From contig NW_024704742.1 of the NCBI RefSeq assembly GCF_018977255.1, positions 45,634,001-45,698,000 on the forward strand: 64,000 nucleotides of DNA, given 5' to 3'. Made by a program: the position numbers and the translations under genes. This document shows positions 51,531 to 64,000 of the stretch, piece by piece. Below the pieces are notes generated by a model. It was not told where the DNA came from and did no database searches. It worked only from the letters and a program-made list of their open reading frames with translations. The stretch comes from Callorhinchus milii (taxonomy: Eukaryota). How positions within the stretch are numbered: the stretch's first letter is position 1; every line of letters starts with the position of its first letter.

Positions 51531-53509
51531 GTGCCAGTGGAACATTGTCGTGTGCAAATTGGCCCCACATTTGCCTACAAATACATATTACAGTAAAACT
51601 TATGAGGCATTTTGAGACATCCTCCTGATCTGAAAGCGCTATATCAAATACAAGGAAGCCTCAGAATAGCTGTTCTAACTCCTTGGGGAAAACATAATGC
51701 ATTGATGATCAATATGAGTTAATTTCTCAGAGGATATTCAAATGATAAATACCACAGGTTCAAAGTTTCAAGGTGTAACTTTCAGTTAAAATAATGAGCT
51801 TTGTTAATTATTATGGTATTTAATATGACTTTGTTGGCCTGGATTTGTGACCAGACAAAATTCCTGAACTGGAGCATTAGTCTCTAAAAGGAAAAAGGAA
51901 TGGAAAAAGGGTTGAATTCGTTGAATTACAATATGTGTATAATAATCTAGATTCCTTACTGGACAAGAATATGATCTGCTGCACTGCATGTTTTCGAGTA
52001 AACATTTCAGCTAGAGATCTTTCTGTGTTTTTAACACGCCACAGCTCAGAAAGACCACTGTAAGGGCATTTTGCTCTTTAATTTGCACCAAAGAATACCA
52101 TCAATGAAACCTTTTGTTTGTCATTCTGTTTTTCTGAGTGATCTTCAATCCAGCAGAAAAAAAACCCCTGCAGAAACCATTCTTAAAAGTTTTCTTTATC
52201 CTTTTAAAAAAATCTACAGAATAAATTCTGTGCAAGATAAATATCTGGTGGGTGCTTTGCTGCAAAATATTGTCACAGAGATTTGAAGGTTTAAGTGACT
52301 TGATGGATTTTGGCATTAATATTCTACCTCTGTGAGGAGATACTAAGTGTCTAGCATATTTTGGAACACACGTGAAAATGTCAATACTGCAATATGTGCT
52401 GTGTTATTGCTGTCTGATACATTACAGCATCCTTTCAGAACAGTACAAAATATTGTAGATCATTTGTCCTTATTGACATAAGGTTTTGTTTGTCACTGTG
52501 ATCATTAATATTTGAAGCAAGAAGAGTATAAGACATAGAAGTGCTCATAGCATCCCTTTATTATTGCCATAGCTCTTCATAAGAAATGAATCCTAGGGAA
52601 ATTTATATGAGTGAGCAAATACATCATTAGTATTCACAGGGCAAACAGCACTGTCAATTAATAGAATAAATGCTTTACTCATTATATTAAATAACACAAT
52701 GTACAAATGCTACAGTAAGCCTCAGGGAACTAAGTGTATTACTTGTATAAAAATATTTTGTTCGTGAGGCATTTTTCAAATGACAGCCTAATATGTTATG
52801 GATCATTTGATATTTTTCATAGCAAACCACTCTTCTTAACCCTTAAAGGTGGTTACTGCTGAAGGCATATATTACTGGACTCAAATATCACAGCTGACAT
52901 CTGGTGAATTCCATTTAAACCATGTATAAAGAAAAAAACTTTTCAGAAAGTAGAGTTTGCTATTTATCATTGTGAAGTCTTATCAAAGGAAAATGCAACT
53001 GATATTTGCCTGGAACTAAATTAGAATTCAGTCTTTATTTCCTTTTCAAATAATCTGCACTATAAGAGGATTCTATATTGTAGCATTTACAGAACTGATA
53101 TTTCTAGGTATGTTCAAAACCAGGGGAAAGTTTGCGGAACAAAAATGTTAGCCATGATGTTAGCAAAATCATGTGATTGAAGTCCTAAAAGTTATAATCA
53201 AAAGTATATCAGGAAATGGTGAATACTGTTATGTATAGCAGGTAACCAGTCAATTTAATACTGCAGAATGTCAGCTAATCCAACTGTGGTATACAAATAG
53301 ATGGAAAAAAATTCTCAATGGGCTGAGGACTGATTTTGGGGGAGGTGGGGGTGGGGAGGTGGTGGGCCTGAAACAGCATGTGTGGATAATAATAATAATA
53401 CTTGTATTTGATATAGTGCCTTATCATGTCATTAAAATACATCAAAGCTCTTTTATGATAAAGTACAGTGACTTTGGTTGCAGGTAAACGTGGAAGTCAA
53501 TTTGTGCCC

Positions 53510-54912
53510 GGCAATGTCTCTAAACTTTCCTCTCCAAGGTCCTGGAATGAGTCGTTGCTTACCAGCTTCGCTCCTTTCTCACACGCCACTCCCTTCACAA
53601 ACACCTCCAATCGGGTTTCCGTGCTGCCCACAAAACAGAAACAGCTTTGGTCAAAGTGACAAATGACATTTTATCTATCTGTGACCAGGGCTCCCTCTGC
53701 TTCCTCGTCCTCCTTGACCTCTCTGCTGCCTTCAATACCATTAACTCCTCTATCCTCATCTACCGCCTCTCCGCTCATCTCAACCTTCATGGTTTTGACC
53801 TTGAATGGTTCAGATGCTACCTCTCACGCCTTCTCCACTTCATCTCCACCTCCTCTAACTCCCACACCATCTCTTGCAGCAATCCTCAGGGCTCTGCCCT
53901 TGGCCGCCTCCTCTTCAATAACTATATGCTCCCTCTTGGTAACATCATCTGCAGACATGGGTTCAAATTCCACATGTATGCGGATGACACCCACTCTAAC
54001 TCTCTGCCTCCACCCTCAACTCCAGGACCACTGCTGTCCTGACAGAATGTCTGTCAGACATCGAGTCCTGGATGAGAGATAACTTTCTACAGCTGAACAT
54101 CAACAAGACCGAGGCTCTCCTGATTGGCTCCTGTCAGTGCCTCCACACCTCCATGGTTACGCACTCCACCTTACTAAGATAGTCCAGAGCCTTGGGGGTC
54201 TTGTTTGACACTCAACTGTCCTTTCTACCCCACATCCGTGCCATAACCCGCTCTGCCTTCTCCCACCTTTGCAACATCGCCCGGCTCTGCCAGTTTCTCA
54301 TACTGCAGGCCTCTGAGACCCTCATACATGCCTTCATAACACCCAGGCTCGATTGCCAAACTCCCTCACAATCTCCTCCCTCCATAAACTGCAGATCATC
54401 CAGAAATCTGCAGCCTGTGTCCTCTTCTGCACCAAGCTCTGTGACCCCATCACCCCTTTTTTCCCGACTCCACTGGCTCTCCATCACGCAGAGGATACAG
54501 TTCAAGATCCTGGTCCTCACTTTCAATGCCCTCCATGGTCATGTTCCCCCCTACTTCTGCGTCCTCCTAACCCCTTACCAACCTGCCCGCTCCCTCCGCT
54601 CAGCAGGCTCCGGGTTGCTTCACGTCCCCCGCCTTGCCCGCTCCACCAATGGTGGGCGAGCCTCCTGCCACTCTGCCCCGTCCTCTAGAACTCCACTCCG
54701 CAGTCTCTCTGCTTCGCCCACTCCCTTGCCTCCTTCAAGATTCATCTCAAGATCCTCCTCTTCGACTGTGCTTTCGGTCACCCTCCTTCCCCCCCTGTCC
54801 TCCAACCTCCCCAATCCCAACCCGGTTCCGAAGTACTGATTGTCCAGCACCTTGGGACATCCTCCTGATGTGAAAGCCGCTTTACAAGTATAATTTTGTT
54901 GTTGTTGTTGTG
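53510..54912 (+). mobile_element. L2 RT-to-3' fragment
   Basis: VKVTNDIL, LLDLSAAF, PQGS, HMYADD and FKILVLTF motifs, then hairpin tail and (gtt)n. Confidence 0.93.
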
Positions 54913-55084
54913 GAACAGCCATGAAGTGAATGATCAATTTTATTTGGAGGATTGGAGGTCAGGAGAAACTCCCTTCTCATTTTTGAATAGTACAGTGGGA
55001 TCTTTAAGAATGTAGTGCTCCCCTAGTACTGGAGTGCCAGCACAGAGAATGAGCTGAAAGTCTCAACTCAATAATAAGAGAGTT

Positions 55085-55360
55085 TTGCCTTTTGTCAGTC
55101 TAACACATGCGGAAACCCATCACCATGCTTAAGAGTATTGAAACCAAACTTAGATTTCCACGCATCCCACCTACACCTGAAATCCCAGAGATAGATTTTT
55201 GGAATGGAATGCACACTCTTTCCTTGGAGAGTCCCATCCTGTTTATCTAATTCTGGAAAGTATTAAGCACAAGTTAGCAAAAGCTGAGGCTTGGGGATCC
55301 CAGATTGTACATCGGGGTATTGCTGGAGTCCAACCAACTAAAACTGCATAGCTTGCCGTT
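55085..55360 (-). mobile_element. Family C 3' end
   Basis: gtcagtctaacacatgcggaaacccatcaccatgcttaagag is the reverse complement of ~42170-42211. Confidence 0.8.
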
Positions 55361-56989
55361 GATATCATTTGTGTTGTTCCATGAGCCCATTAATGGAAGT
55401 ATTCTTTTGGACAAGAACACTATCTTCCATTATCATTAGAAGTTTTAGATTAATATCAAATGAAAGGATTATTAAACGGGCCTCTGGCCATGAAGTGACT
55501 GATCAATTTTATCTGGGGCGATTTTTATCTTTGCAAAATATTCACCCCATTGTCTTATCATAGCATCGATTTAAATTAATCCAATATTCTGCTCTCTACC
55601 ATCATTCCTCCTAACCTCTTTCAGATGATAATTACCCTTTGTGTGGATAAATACTTCTTGTTGCTTGTTCTTTAGTTCAAGCATATCTGAGGTTGATCTG
55701 AATCAGATGATTTAACAATGCAGCAAGCATCCTTTTGGGTATGGTGATTGCTGATTTAACTAACACCCTTAGGTCTTTTTAAACTTCTCCCTTTGTACGT
55801 AACCTAATGAAACTGTACCAAAATGAGGATTGGGAACAGCAGTGAAATCACTGAAATCTATGGGTACAACTATTCAGCAAAAATCAAAGGGTTCACAATT
55901 GCAGCAAATATTTTGGAATTAAATGGAATAGTGCAAAGTTTCAGAAAATATTTAATGAATTGTTTGATAATTTTCAAATCTGTTAAGAACCATCACATTT
56001 TTCACCACAGTGACTGTCCTACAAAGAATGTTCATTCTGTTTACTGGTGACACCAAGTACAAAACCTTGTCTGCAGTGCATTATGTTTCTCCATGGATTG
56101 AAAAACACATCTAAGAATAAATTGAACCCACTTAAAACATGATTACAGAGTATGGATATAGCCAGGATTTTCGCTTAATAACCCTATTAATTCAATTCTT
56201 CATCCTTGCAAAAGGGAATTTTCAAATTAGTGGCCTCAAATTGCAGAAAGAGGTGATAGGCAGCTTATTTGACCTATTGGGTATTACAGTATCCTTAAGG
56301 ACTTGTAATTCTGCTCATCAAATCGAGATCAAGATAATTTACATTGACTTAATAATTTATCTTATTAAAATGATACTCAAGTGGTGCACATGGGATACTC
56401 AGTGGGGAGCGTGCAACACAGAATTTATTCCACCCACGAGGAAAACCTTGCTTGTGTGCACACAACTTTCTCCCTCCAAAGATATCACGTCTGTCCTCAA
56501 ATACACTGCTGTCTGTCTCTGAGCAGAAGGGAGTGTAGAGTGTTCACTAATGGATTGCAAATAAACATGACACAGATGGAGCATTGTTCCCATAATAAAG
56601 CATGATAACTGCAGGCAATTTAAACAAATTTACTACCTAAACCACAAACATATTGTGGTAATCTGGATGAATTTAGCACAATTATGAACTGTTAACTCCG
56701 ATTTTGGTAATCCCATTAGTGAATGTGATGGCTATGGATATACAAGTGACCTCAACAATTGATTTGGATACAGCACCTTTCACATTGGGAGTGAGAGCCA
56801 AACCAGGGAGAGGGAGTGGGGAAGGTGACACAAAGCACAGTTAAAAACATATGTCTAAAGACCTCACAGATAATTCTCACTGCATGAAGCACATTTTCCT
56901 TGGCATCAGTTGCCTCTGGTGGCCTGGCACTAGATTGGGTTAGGATAGATTAACAAAGGGTTCTAAACGCTTGTTACTAAAGTCAAGAA

Positions 56990-57590
56990 AAGCTAATTCA
57001 CAGAAAAATGATCAAAAAGGGTAATGGAGCTTTTTGGCTTCATTACAAAATATACTAAGAGACAGAACCATTGTAGGTGTGCAGATCTGCTGGGCAGTTT
57101 TAATTTGGAATATTGAGTTCAGTTTGGGCATCCGACCTGAGAAAAATATATTAGCCATGGAGTGAGTCCAGCGACAATCCATCAGAATGATACCTGAAAT
57201 TAATACCTGAATGATACATGAAACATGATGAGAGACTGCCTGGAGTGAGTTTTGTTAGAGTTCAGGCAGTTGAGCGGGCGATACGATATGATTGAGGCAT
57301 TCAATGTAACTGAATGGCTCAATCATATCACACTCTCACTGAAGGATTCGGGTTAACATGACAGAACCTTAAATGTAGAGCTAAGACCATAAAGAGGGAA
57401 TCTAGAAAAACAAATTTTCTTTAGGCAAGAACAGAATCATTTGAAGTACTCAAAAGAGAAATAAATAGATACTTGATAAATGAAAATATTAGGGTACACA
57501 GAGAAAATGTGGGGAAATGGAATTCGAGAGTTGCCATAGACTTCTTAACACAGTAGTCACGATGAATTGAATGGTGCATTGCTGTTCATA
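56990..57590 (+). mobile_element. Highly decayed CR1 3' region
   Basis: ttggaatattgagttcagtttgg (LEY.VQFW-like), gtccagcg..cagaatgatacc and atgattgaggcattcaa. Confidence 0.6.
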
Positions 57591-59820
57591 TACTGTCCCT
57601 TTATGGATTGCTTCATACCTGAGGGCATCATCTGTTACTCTGTTCTATCAAGTTTTGCACAAATTTGTCTTAGCACAGGTTTTTGGGCAAATCATGTATA
57701 TCAAGTTTTCCTAATGCCCTCACGTATCCTGTTACAATAATGGACTATGATATCAACACATTAGCTTAGACGTTCTCTTCAACCAGTGCCGTTTTTCACA
57801 GGTTTGTTGACAACTCCTCTGAGTCCCTGAGAGCATTGATGCTGTCTGTCATCAGATATGCTTCCATTTTGGTCACAAATCATTGACAAAATAAAAATCC
57901 TAAAGGCAGCTTGCAACTTCTGTCCCATCAAGAATCAATAACGTAACGATATTGATGTACTACCACTATTATGCATCCAGAACACAGTATTCTCAATTGC
58001 TTTGCTCTACCATAACATAAAAGATTGTCATGTTTCAGTGGTGGACTTTCTTGTCCTACATCAATAGGCTTGTACCTGCCTGTGATCCATCCAAAGTTGG
58101 CAATCCACTGAATGGAACAAAAAGCTGTCCGCCTTTTATAGAGGGCTAGAAATATACTGGGCATTTTATTGAAGCATTACAAAAAAGTGCTATGCATTGT
58201 AGAATAAATGCTATTTAGCACGCTGCACCACTAATAAAATTGATTCCCTGCAGTGTAACTGAAGCTGTTTCAAAACTATTAGCTGTAAATGAATGTTAAA
58301 GGCAAGAGGGGAAAATCTGTGGGAACTTTTAATTTCTGATTTGTCCCACATGATTTTCTTAACTGTCCTTTTTTATTTCCAACTATTTACTGTATTTTGA
58401 AATCTTACACGCCACCATAACAATACAAAAGGTCCAGAGAGAGAGATTGTAGAACATGATGGATCTTTACAATATAACAAATGGTGCTAAAACATTGCAC
58501 AATCATCTCTGGAAATTGAGGGAATAGTCACCAAGGGTAGATTTTTAAGGATCTGTTTGTGACTGTTGCCCTACTGTGCATACACATCCTCAGTTAGTAA
58601 GGAAGGGGGACTAGTTAACCATGGAATATGATGTTGCCATTAACAGAAACACTGTCCTATTGGACTAAGCTGTTTTCCCGAGTGGTTTGAACAGATGGAA
58701 AGTGGGGGATCTCCAATTGGTGATACCACAGAATACACTGGTGGATAAATGACCAAAGTAAAGATCCAAGTGAATCTTTCCTGGGAATTCCACGGATTGC
58801 TTATGGCTGCTAGCGACTTTGATTTCACGTAGTACTCTTTGATAAATAACCCTTTGCTGAAGGCATGGCTCTATGAAATACAGTTGGTAACATTGCCTTG
58901 ATTTGTATGGATTCTACTGAGACAAAGCGAGTGGAACCTCAGACCATATCCATTTACTCAGATGGATTGGCCTATAGCTTGCTTTTTTTTAGTTTATGCC
59001 ATTTTAAACTGATTTGTGTCAAAATGCGCTGGATTTATGAAGAGAAAAAAACTGAAGGGACTACAGGGAAAAGAAAAAAATGGCTTGCAAACAGTTTGAT
59101 TCTCTAGAAATTGGTGAAGCATTTATGGGGTTTACCTCTCACCCTCCCCCCCCCCCCCCCCAACACACACTCAACCTACTTAGTGGCAACTGAGTTTGTC
59201 TGCTGTATTTTTGCAGAAATACAATGTTCTTTCCCTGCACTCTACAGAGGAGCTGTTCAATTAATGATTCCACTGCAAAATAAGGAGACTGTTTAGAAAA
59301 TAATGGACTGGAACACATACGATGTTAAGCGGCTTTCATTGAAACTACAACATTTTCCCCTTAGTTACTTTTACTTGAAACATTTTCCCTCTGGGTTATA
59401 TAGTTCCCTTTAATTACAAACTAAATTACAGTCATGTCTTGTGTAACCTCAAATGACTTAAAGAGTGTTGTTTTATTTTAAGGTAAAGAACTATGCACAG
59501 CTGTTATAAATTTTGTAAATTATGAAACAGATGAGAGCGCAATTTTTTTTCTGCAGAACTCCAACATGAATCTAAGTAAAAAATTATTATAGCATGTATT
59601 TTTAACCTTTTCTGGCAAAAGGTTTTTCACATTCATATAGTTACCAGTATTTTGTTAAACAACGAATTTGCAAAGTGTTCAATAACTTTTCTGCACACAG
59701 AAGGGTTAGACAAATGTAAAACCCACTGGCCTAGCTGGCTGAAAATACTCAATCCATTCAGTTGTTTAACGGAGAAAGATAGTTGGGAAGCAGGGATATT
59801 GAGTCCTACTTCCCAAGTCC

Positions 59821-60320
59821 TGTGGAGTCCTGTAGCTCAGTGGCTAGAGCACTCACCTCGCAAGTGAGTGACCTGGGTTCGATTCCCGGCAGGGCGAATT
59901 CTTGGGCAAGTTTCCTTACTCCGCTTCCTTACTGAGATGTCTGGAAGATGTGAAAAGTGCTATATCAAATAATAATAATAATAATGTACTTGCATTTGAT
60001 ATAGCGCTTTTCACATCTTCCAGACGTCTGAAAGCGCTTCACAGAATAGACTGTAAAGTGAATTGACTATATATTTGTGGGCGAAATGCGGCAGCCAATT
60101 ACGCACAGAGGTGTCCCACAAACAGTCGTGGATTGAAATGACCAATTTATTATTGTTTTTTTTCTTGAACGATTGTTATCCGGCATGTGGAGTAAGGAAA
60201 CTTGCCCAGGATTTTACCCTGCCAGGAATCGAACCCAGGTCTCTCACTTGCAAAGCGATTGCTCTAACCACTGAGCTACAGGACTCCACAAATGCAAGGA
60301 ATATTATTATTATTATTATT
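59821..60320. mobile_element. Two SINE-A copies nested in opposite orientation
   Basis: Plus copy at 59821-59970 continuing at 60289-60320; minus copy at 59971-60290. caaat is duplicated at the junctions. Confidence 0.88.
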
Positions 60321-60504
60321 GAGGGGTATAATAATAATCCTTACATTTGATATAGCACCTTTTATGTGGGAGAAGGTCTCAAATAGTTTTACAGGATATA
60401 CTGAAAAGTGGAGTAACTATATATCTGTGGGTGACCTCGGCAGGCAACTTATGCTCAACATTGTCCCACAAACACACATAAAGCAAATTAACAACTGTAT
60501 CTGG

Positions 60505-61430
60505 AAGATTGTTGGCCACCTTGATTGGTTGGCAGAGAGGTAAGCAGTTGCTGCTCAAGTTCCGCACCTCGAACTGGTGGCACCGTCATTTAATGTGTGA
60601 GCAGTGTGTCCCAGCTGTGGGCAGGAAGATGGTGGCAAAGCTCTTGCCATTTTATGTTGAGCTGTGTTGCACCAACAGGAAACTTTCAGAGAGTTCCTGG
60701 CACTTGGCATCCACCTAATGAAGGCTAAAGCCCATGTTTGTTGGATGTCAAATGGCCAACTAGTGACCACAAGATCAACAACTTGCATTTATATAGACCC
60801 TTCATGCGGGGTAGCGTCCCAGAGTGCTTCGCAGTGGCAGAGTCTGATACCGAGCATTGGGAGAGGGAAGGGGGAGGTGACCGTAAGCACGATCAAAAAG
60901 GAAGGTCTTCAGGTGGGATTTAAAGGTGGGGAGGCAGGGGGCAAGGCAAACGGATTGAGTGAGAGAATTCCAGAGTTTCGGGCTGCGTTGGCTGAAGGCA
61001 TGGTCACCAATGGTGGAACGGAGGGTACGAGGGACAAATAGGAGGTCAGCACCAGCCGAGCAAAAGCAGAGGGTGGTGGAGTGGGTGGTAAAGCAGGTCG
61101 GACAGGTAGGGAGGTGAAGGGAATTGATTAAATCCTCAGTACTGGTCTCTGTAAACCAATTTTCCTGAGCTGGGTGGGTCCGCAGTACTCCAAGATAACA
61201 GGTCTCATTGGCAGGACATCCCACTCAGTTCCCGTTAACCTTGCAAGCCGAAGCTCTAATGGGTAGGGTGATCCTAGATGGACAAGCAGTGCACATTCTA
61301 TTGCAATAAATATCTCTGGAATTTCCATGTATAGGTTGGTTGCATGGAACTCTTGGTTTGGTTTGGATACTGTTAAACATGGTGGTAGTTTTCCATATAT
61401 GTCAGATGCCTGACTGACCAAAAAAAAACA
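60505..61430 (+). mobile_element. Family C copy interrupted by a minus-strand L2 3' end (~60775-61130)
   Basis: RGKQLLLKFRTSNWW at 60536-60580, and the family C terminus with A-run at ~61310-61428. Confidence 0.7.
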
Positions 61431-61737
61431 CTGGAAGACCGGGAGAAAGTCCCTTCTCTTTTCAAATAGTGCCATGGGATCTTAAACATGCACGTAAACA
61501 GTCATAGGCGAGACCTTGGTTTAATATCTCATCTGAAGAACGGCACCTCCAACAATGCATTACACCCCCAGTGCAGCACAGCACAGATTAAAAATCTTTA
61601 AAAAAATACAACTTTCTTCACATTTTCTTCACACTGCATCAATTTAGATTATATGAGCTCCACATCCTGACATGGCACTTGAACTCACAACCTTCTGACT
61701 CAGACATAAGATGTCTACCAACTGAGCCAGGCTGACA
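61430..61737 (-). mobile_element. SINE-B with a 55-bp foreign insert
   Basis: aaatagtgccatgggatcttaa..ggcacctccaacaatgc..cacaaccttctgactcaga..caactgagcca. Confidence 0.85.
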
Positions 61738-62779
61738 CATGGATACAAAGAAAAGATGGAGAAATGTGAATTAAACAAGAGCTTCTCTGAACTTATAAAA
61801 TTACTTGACTGGTTGACCCCAAACTAAAGATAAATTTGATGCAGAAACACCTATAAACAAACACATCTTCTAGTGTGGGTCAAACCGGTGAACCAGTAAG
61901 CAATGAAAAGTATTTATTGATTTAAAACATAAAGTGAATGTGTCCTGAGAGTCAAATGCAATAGGAAGTAACAAAAAGTTTAATAAAACATACTTCACAT
62001 CTAAGTCATTTAATGTGCCTTTTTATCCCTTCGGGAAACAATGATTGCCCTAAAGTGATAAGAAATTCTATACCTCGCAGGTTATGGAAGACAGAGGGTG
62101 GGTTTCTTCTTCAGAGCCATGGGGTCAGTCACGTTGGGCACAAAGCTGTGTCTAACCACACACCCAGAAAAAGCCGCAGGGTCAGCTGGAACCAGATCAT
62201 GTTTCTTTCATACAATTTAAGTGATTTTGATCTGGAACAAATTCACCACAGAATATTGCAGCAGTTAGGCTCCTGGTGGAACAGTGACGATCATGATTCA
62301 TTCTCTATTTGTAATGGTTGCAGTGTGAAGAAAGTGTGAAGAAAGTTGTACTTTTTTTAAAATTCTAAAAACATAAATGCAGTCCTGCTCACACTGCCTC
62401 GGAATTCATACTGCTCTGTATTTCAGAGTGCCAATGGGGGCAGGTTTGCTGCGATAAGGTTAGGTACAAGATTGCCTTTTACACCACAATTAAATTAATC
62501 TTTAAAAAAATTGTTGACGAGAAAACAGACTTTTTATTTTGGGAATTAGCCAATGGGGCAGGAGCTATGGGGGTGGGGGGTGGAAGGTAGGAAGTAACAC
62601 TTGCTCTTTGTTAATGTCAGTGAACTGATAACAGGATATCTCTTAATAAATGTGGAAGGAAATAAAGTGCCTTCGCACCCCCTCTGCTCCCACCTCCCAG
62701 CCTGAGCTCAGGGGCCCATTCAGCACTATGAATAGCCTCCTGGGAAGGGGAGGTTTGGGGGGAGGAGGTAAGCCAAGGT

Positions 62780-63090
62780 GATGTGGTTGGCAATGGAATG
62801 TTGGAATTGAGTCTGCCCTCTGTGGTGGTCTCTGTAGTTTAGTGCTGTAATACAGGTCCATATTACCCCAAGGTACTATTGATGGCAACCAGCCAGCCAG
62901 GCTCAACAGCATGCCCTGGAGGGTGGTTTTGAGCAGCAGGGATTCTTCCCACTCACCTGTTTCTAAGCTGTACTGTCTATTAATCTATGAATATCTGTTA
63001 ACTCTGCAAATCGAAAACTTAACAAGTAGAGTGATCCTAACTATAGACATAGCAAGAAGCTTGCCAGCAGTATCTCGTAGCATACTCTGA
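62780..63090 (+). mobile_element. Family C fragment
   Basis: ggcaatggaatgttggaat..cctctgtggtggt and cagccaggctcaacag match 41870-42000. Confidence 0.65.
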
Positions 63091-63094
63091 CGTC

Positions 63095-63440
63095 TCCGAG
63101 TGTTACACAGAATAAATGCAGATGCCCATTTCCCGCAGCAATGTCCCACAATCAGCCGTGAAACAAATATCCTATTTTACTTGGGGGATTGTTGGCCAGG
63201 ACACAGAGAAAAACTCCCTTCACTTTTTGAATGGTGTCATGGGATATTTTACATCCACCTGAACAGGCAGACAGGACCTTGGTTCAACATTTCATTCGAC
63301 CAACAGCACATCTGACAATCCGGCACCCCAAAAATTGCATTGATGTTTCAACCTGGACTCCGTGAATTCAAAGTCCCGACGTGAAGCTTGAACCCACAAC
63401 TTTCTGACTCAGAGGCAAAAGTTTATCAGCTGAGTTAGAT
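63095..63440 (-). mobile_element. SINE-B
   Basis: cagcaatgtcccaca..gttggccaggacac..cttgaacccacaactttctgactcagaggc. A further fragment lies at 63495-63610. Confidence 0.82.
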
Positions 63441-64000
63441 GGAATGTCTAGAACAGATGAAAAACTCCATTCCCTTTCCAAATAATTTGGTAAATTGTTT
63501 AACATCCACCTAAACAGGCAGATGAGATCTCATTTTAATGTCATAATGAAAGGACAACACCTCCTAAAATGGACTGACGGGTCTGTCTAGACTATGAGCT
63601 TGAAGTACCAGACTGATTATTATTGAACTCTAGTAGGATCTCTGGTTTATCGGGAAACTCAGTAATATGAGCAATGAAAACGTCTAAGGCAGACAGTAAA
63701 TTGACCACATAACTATGAAAATAAACAGATCAGTTTGCTTTAGCGACCTTGACTAAGATGAAAACGTTTCAGCTAAATATTATGCTCCAGTAAAAGAGAT
63801 GCAATGACCTTCTTGACTGCTCCAAATAAAAATACATTCCTGAAAATATCCCACTGCTGCTCTGATGCTTCAGGAAGCGATAGATTGAGGTGCAAAAGTT
63901 TAACTTTCACATTTGTACAGTTTAGCATTTAAATCTGATGTAGCAGACTTAATCCATTCAGGATTGTTCTGCTCAGATCCTGAAATTGACCTAATGCCAG

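Noticed and set aside
53337..53367. G-rich runs with quadruplex potential (also ~21325 and ~62745)
   Set aside because: Common simple sequence with no supporting context.
58311..58358. Hairpin gaaaatctgtggga / tcccacatgattttc as a pre-miRNA
   Set aside because: The ~15-bp stem is too short and does not extend.
961..60480. Recurring atttgatatagcgc / gcaaggattatt motif as a CRISPR-like array
   Set aside because: The copies are irregularly dispersed on both strands as SINE/LINE tails, with no spacers or cas genes.

Overview
This is eukaryotic, AT-rich, repeat-dense DNA with no supportable host protein-coding gene, rRNA, true tRNA or CRISPR array, so it is probably intronic or intergenic. The repeat complement points to a cartilaginous fish, possibly a chimaera such as Callorhinchus; this is inferred from recalled repeat families, not from a search. 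Every long ORF in the track is a decayed retroelement fragment or its shadow frame. Content: many L2-clade LINE fragments (one young copy at 33.2-34.1 kb), CR1 3' fragments, one Tx1/L1-clade insertion with poly(A) and a probable TSD, and two tRNA-derived SINE families. SINE-A has a tRNA head plus a CORE-like segment and SINE-B is Deu-domain/SacSINE1-like; both end in an L2-type stem-loop tail. There is also an unclassified A-tailed LINE-like family ('family C', about 9 copies), a hAT-like MITE and AT-rich palindromic elements. I find no evidence for a new enzymatic or defence system. The best leads are a compensatory base-pair change in the shared L2/SINE 3' hairpin, family C, a locally templated inverted insertion, a SINE-in-SINE inverted hairpin and a cluster of Pbx/Meis decamers. 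Boundaries were read by eye and may be off by tens of bases for old elements.
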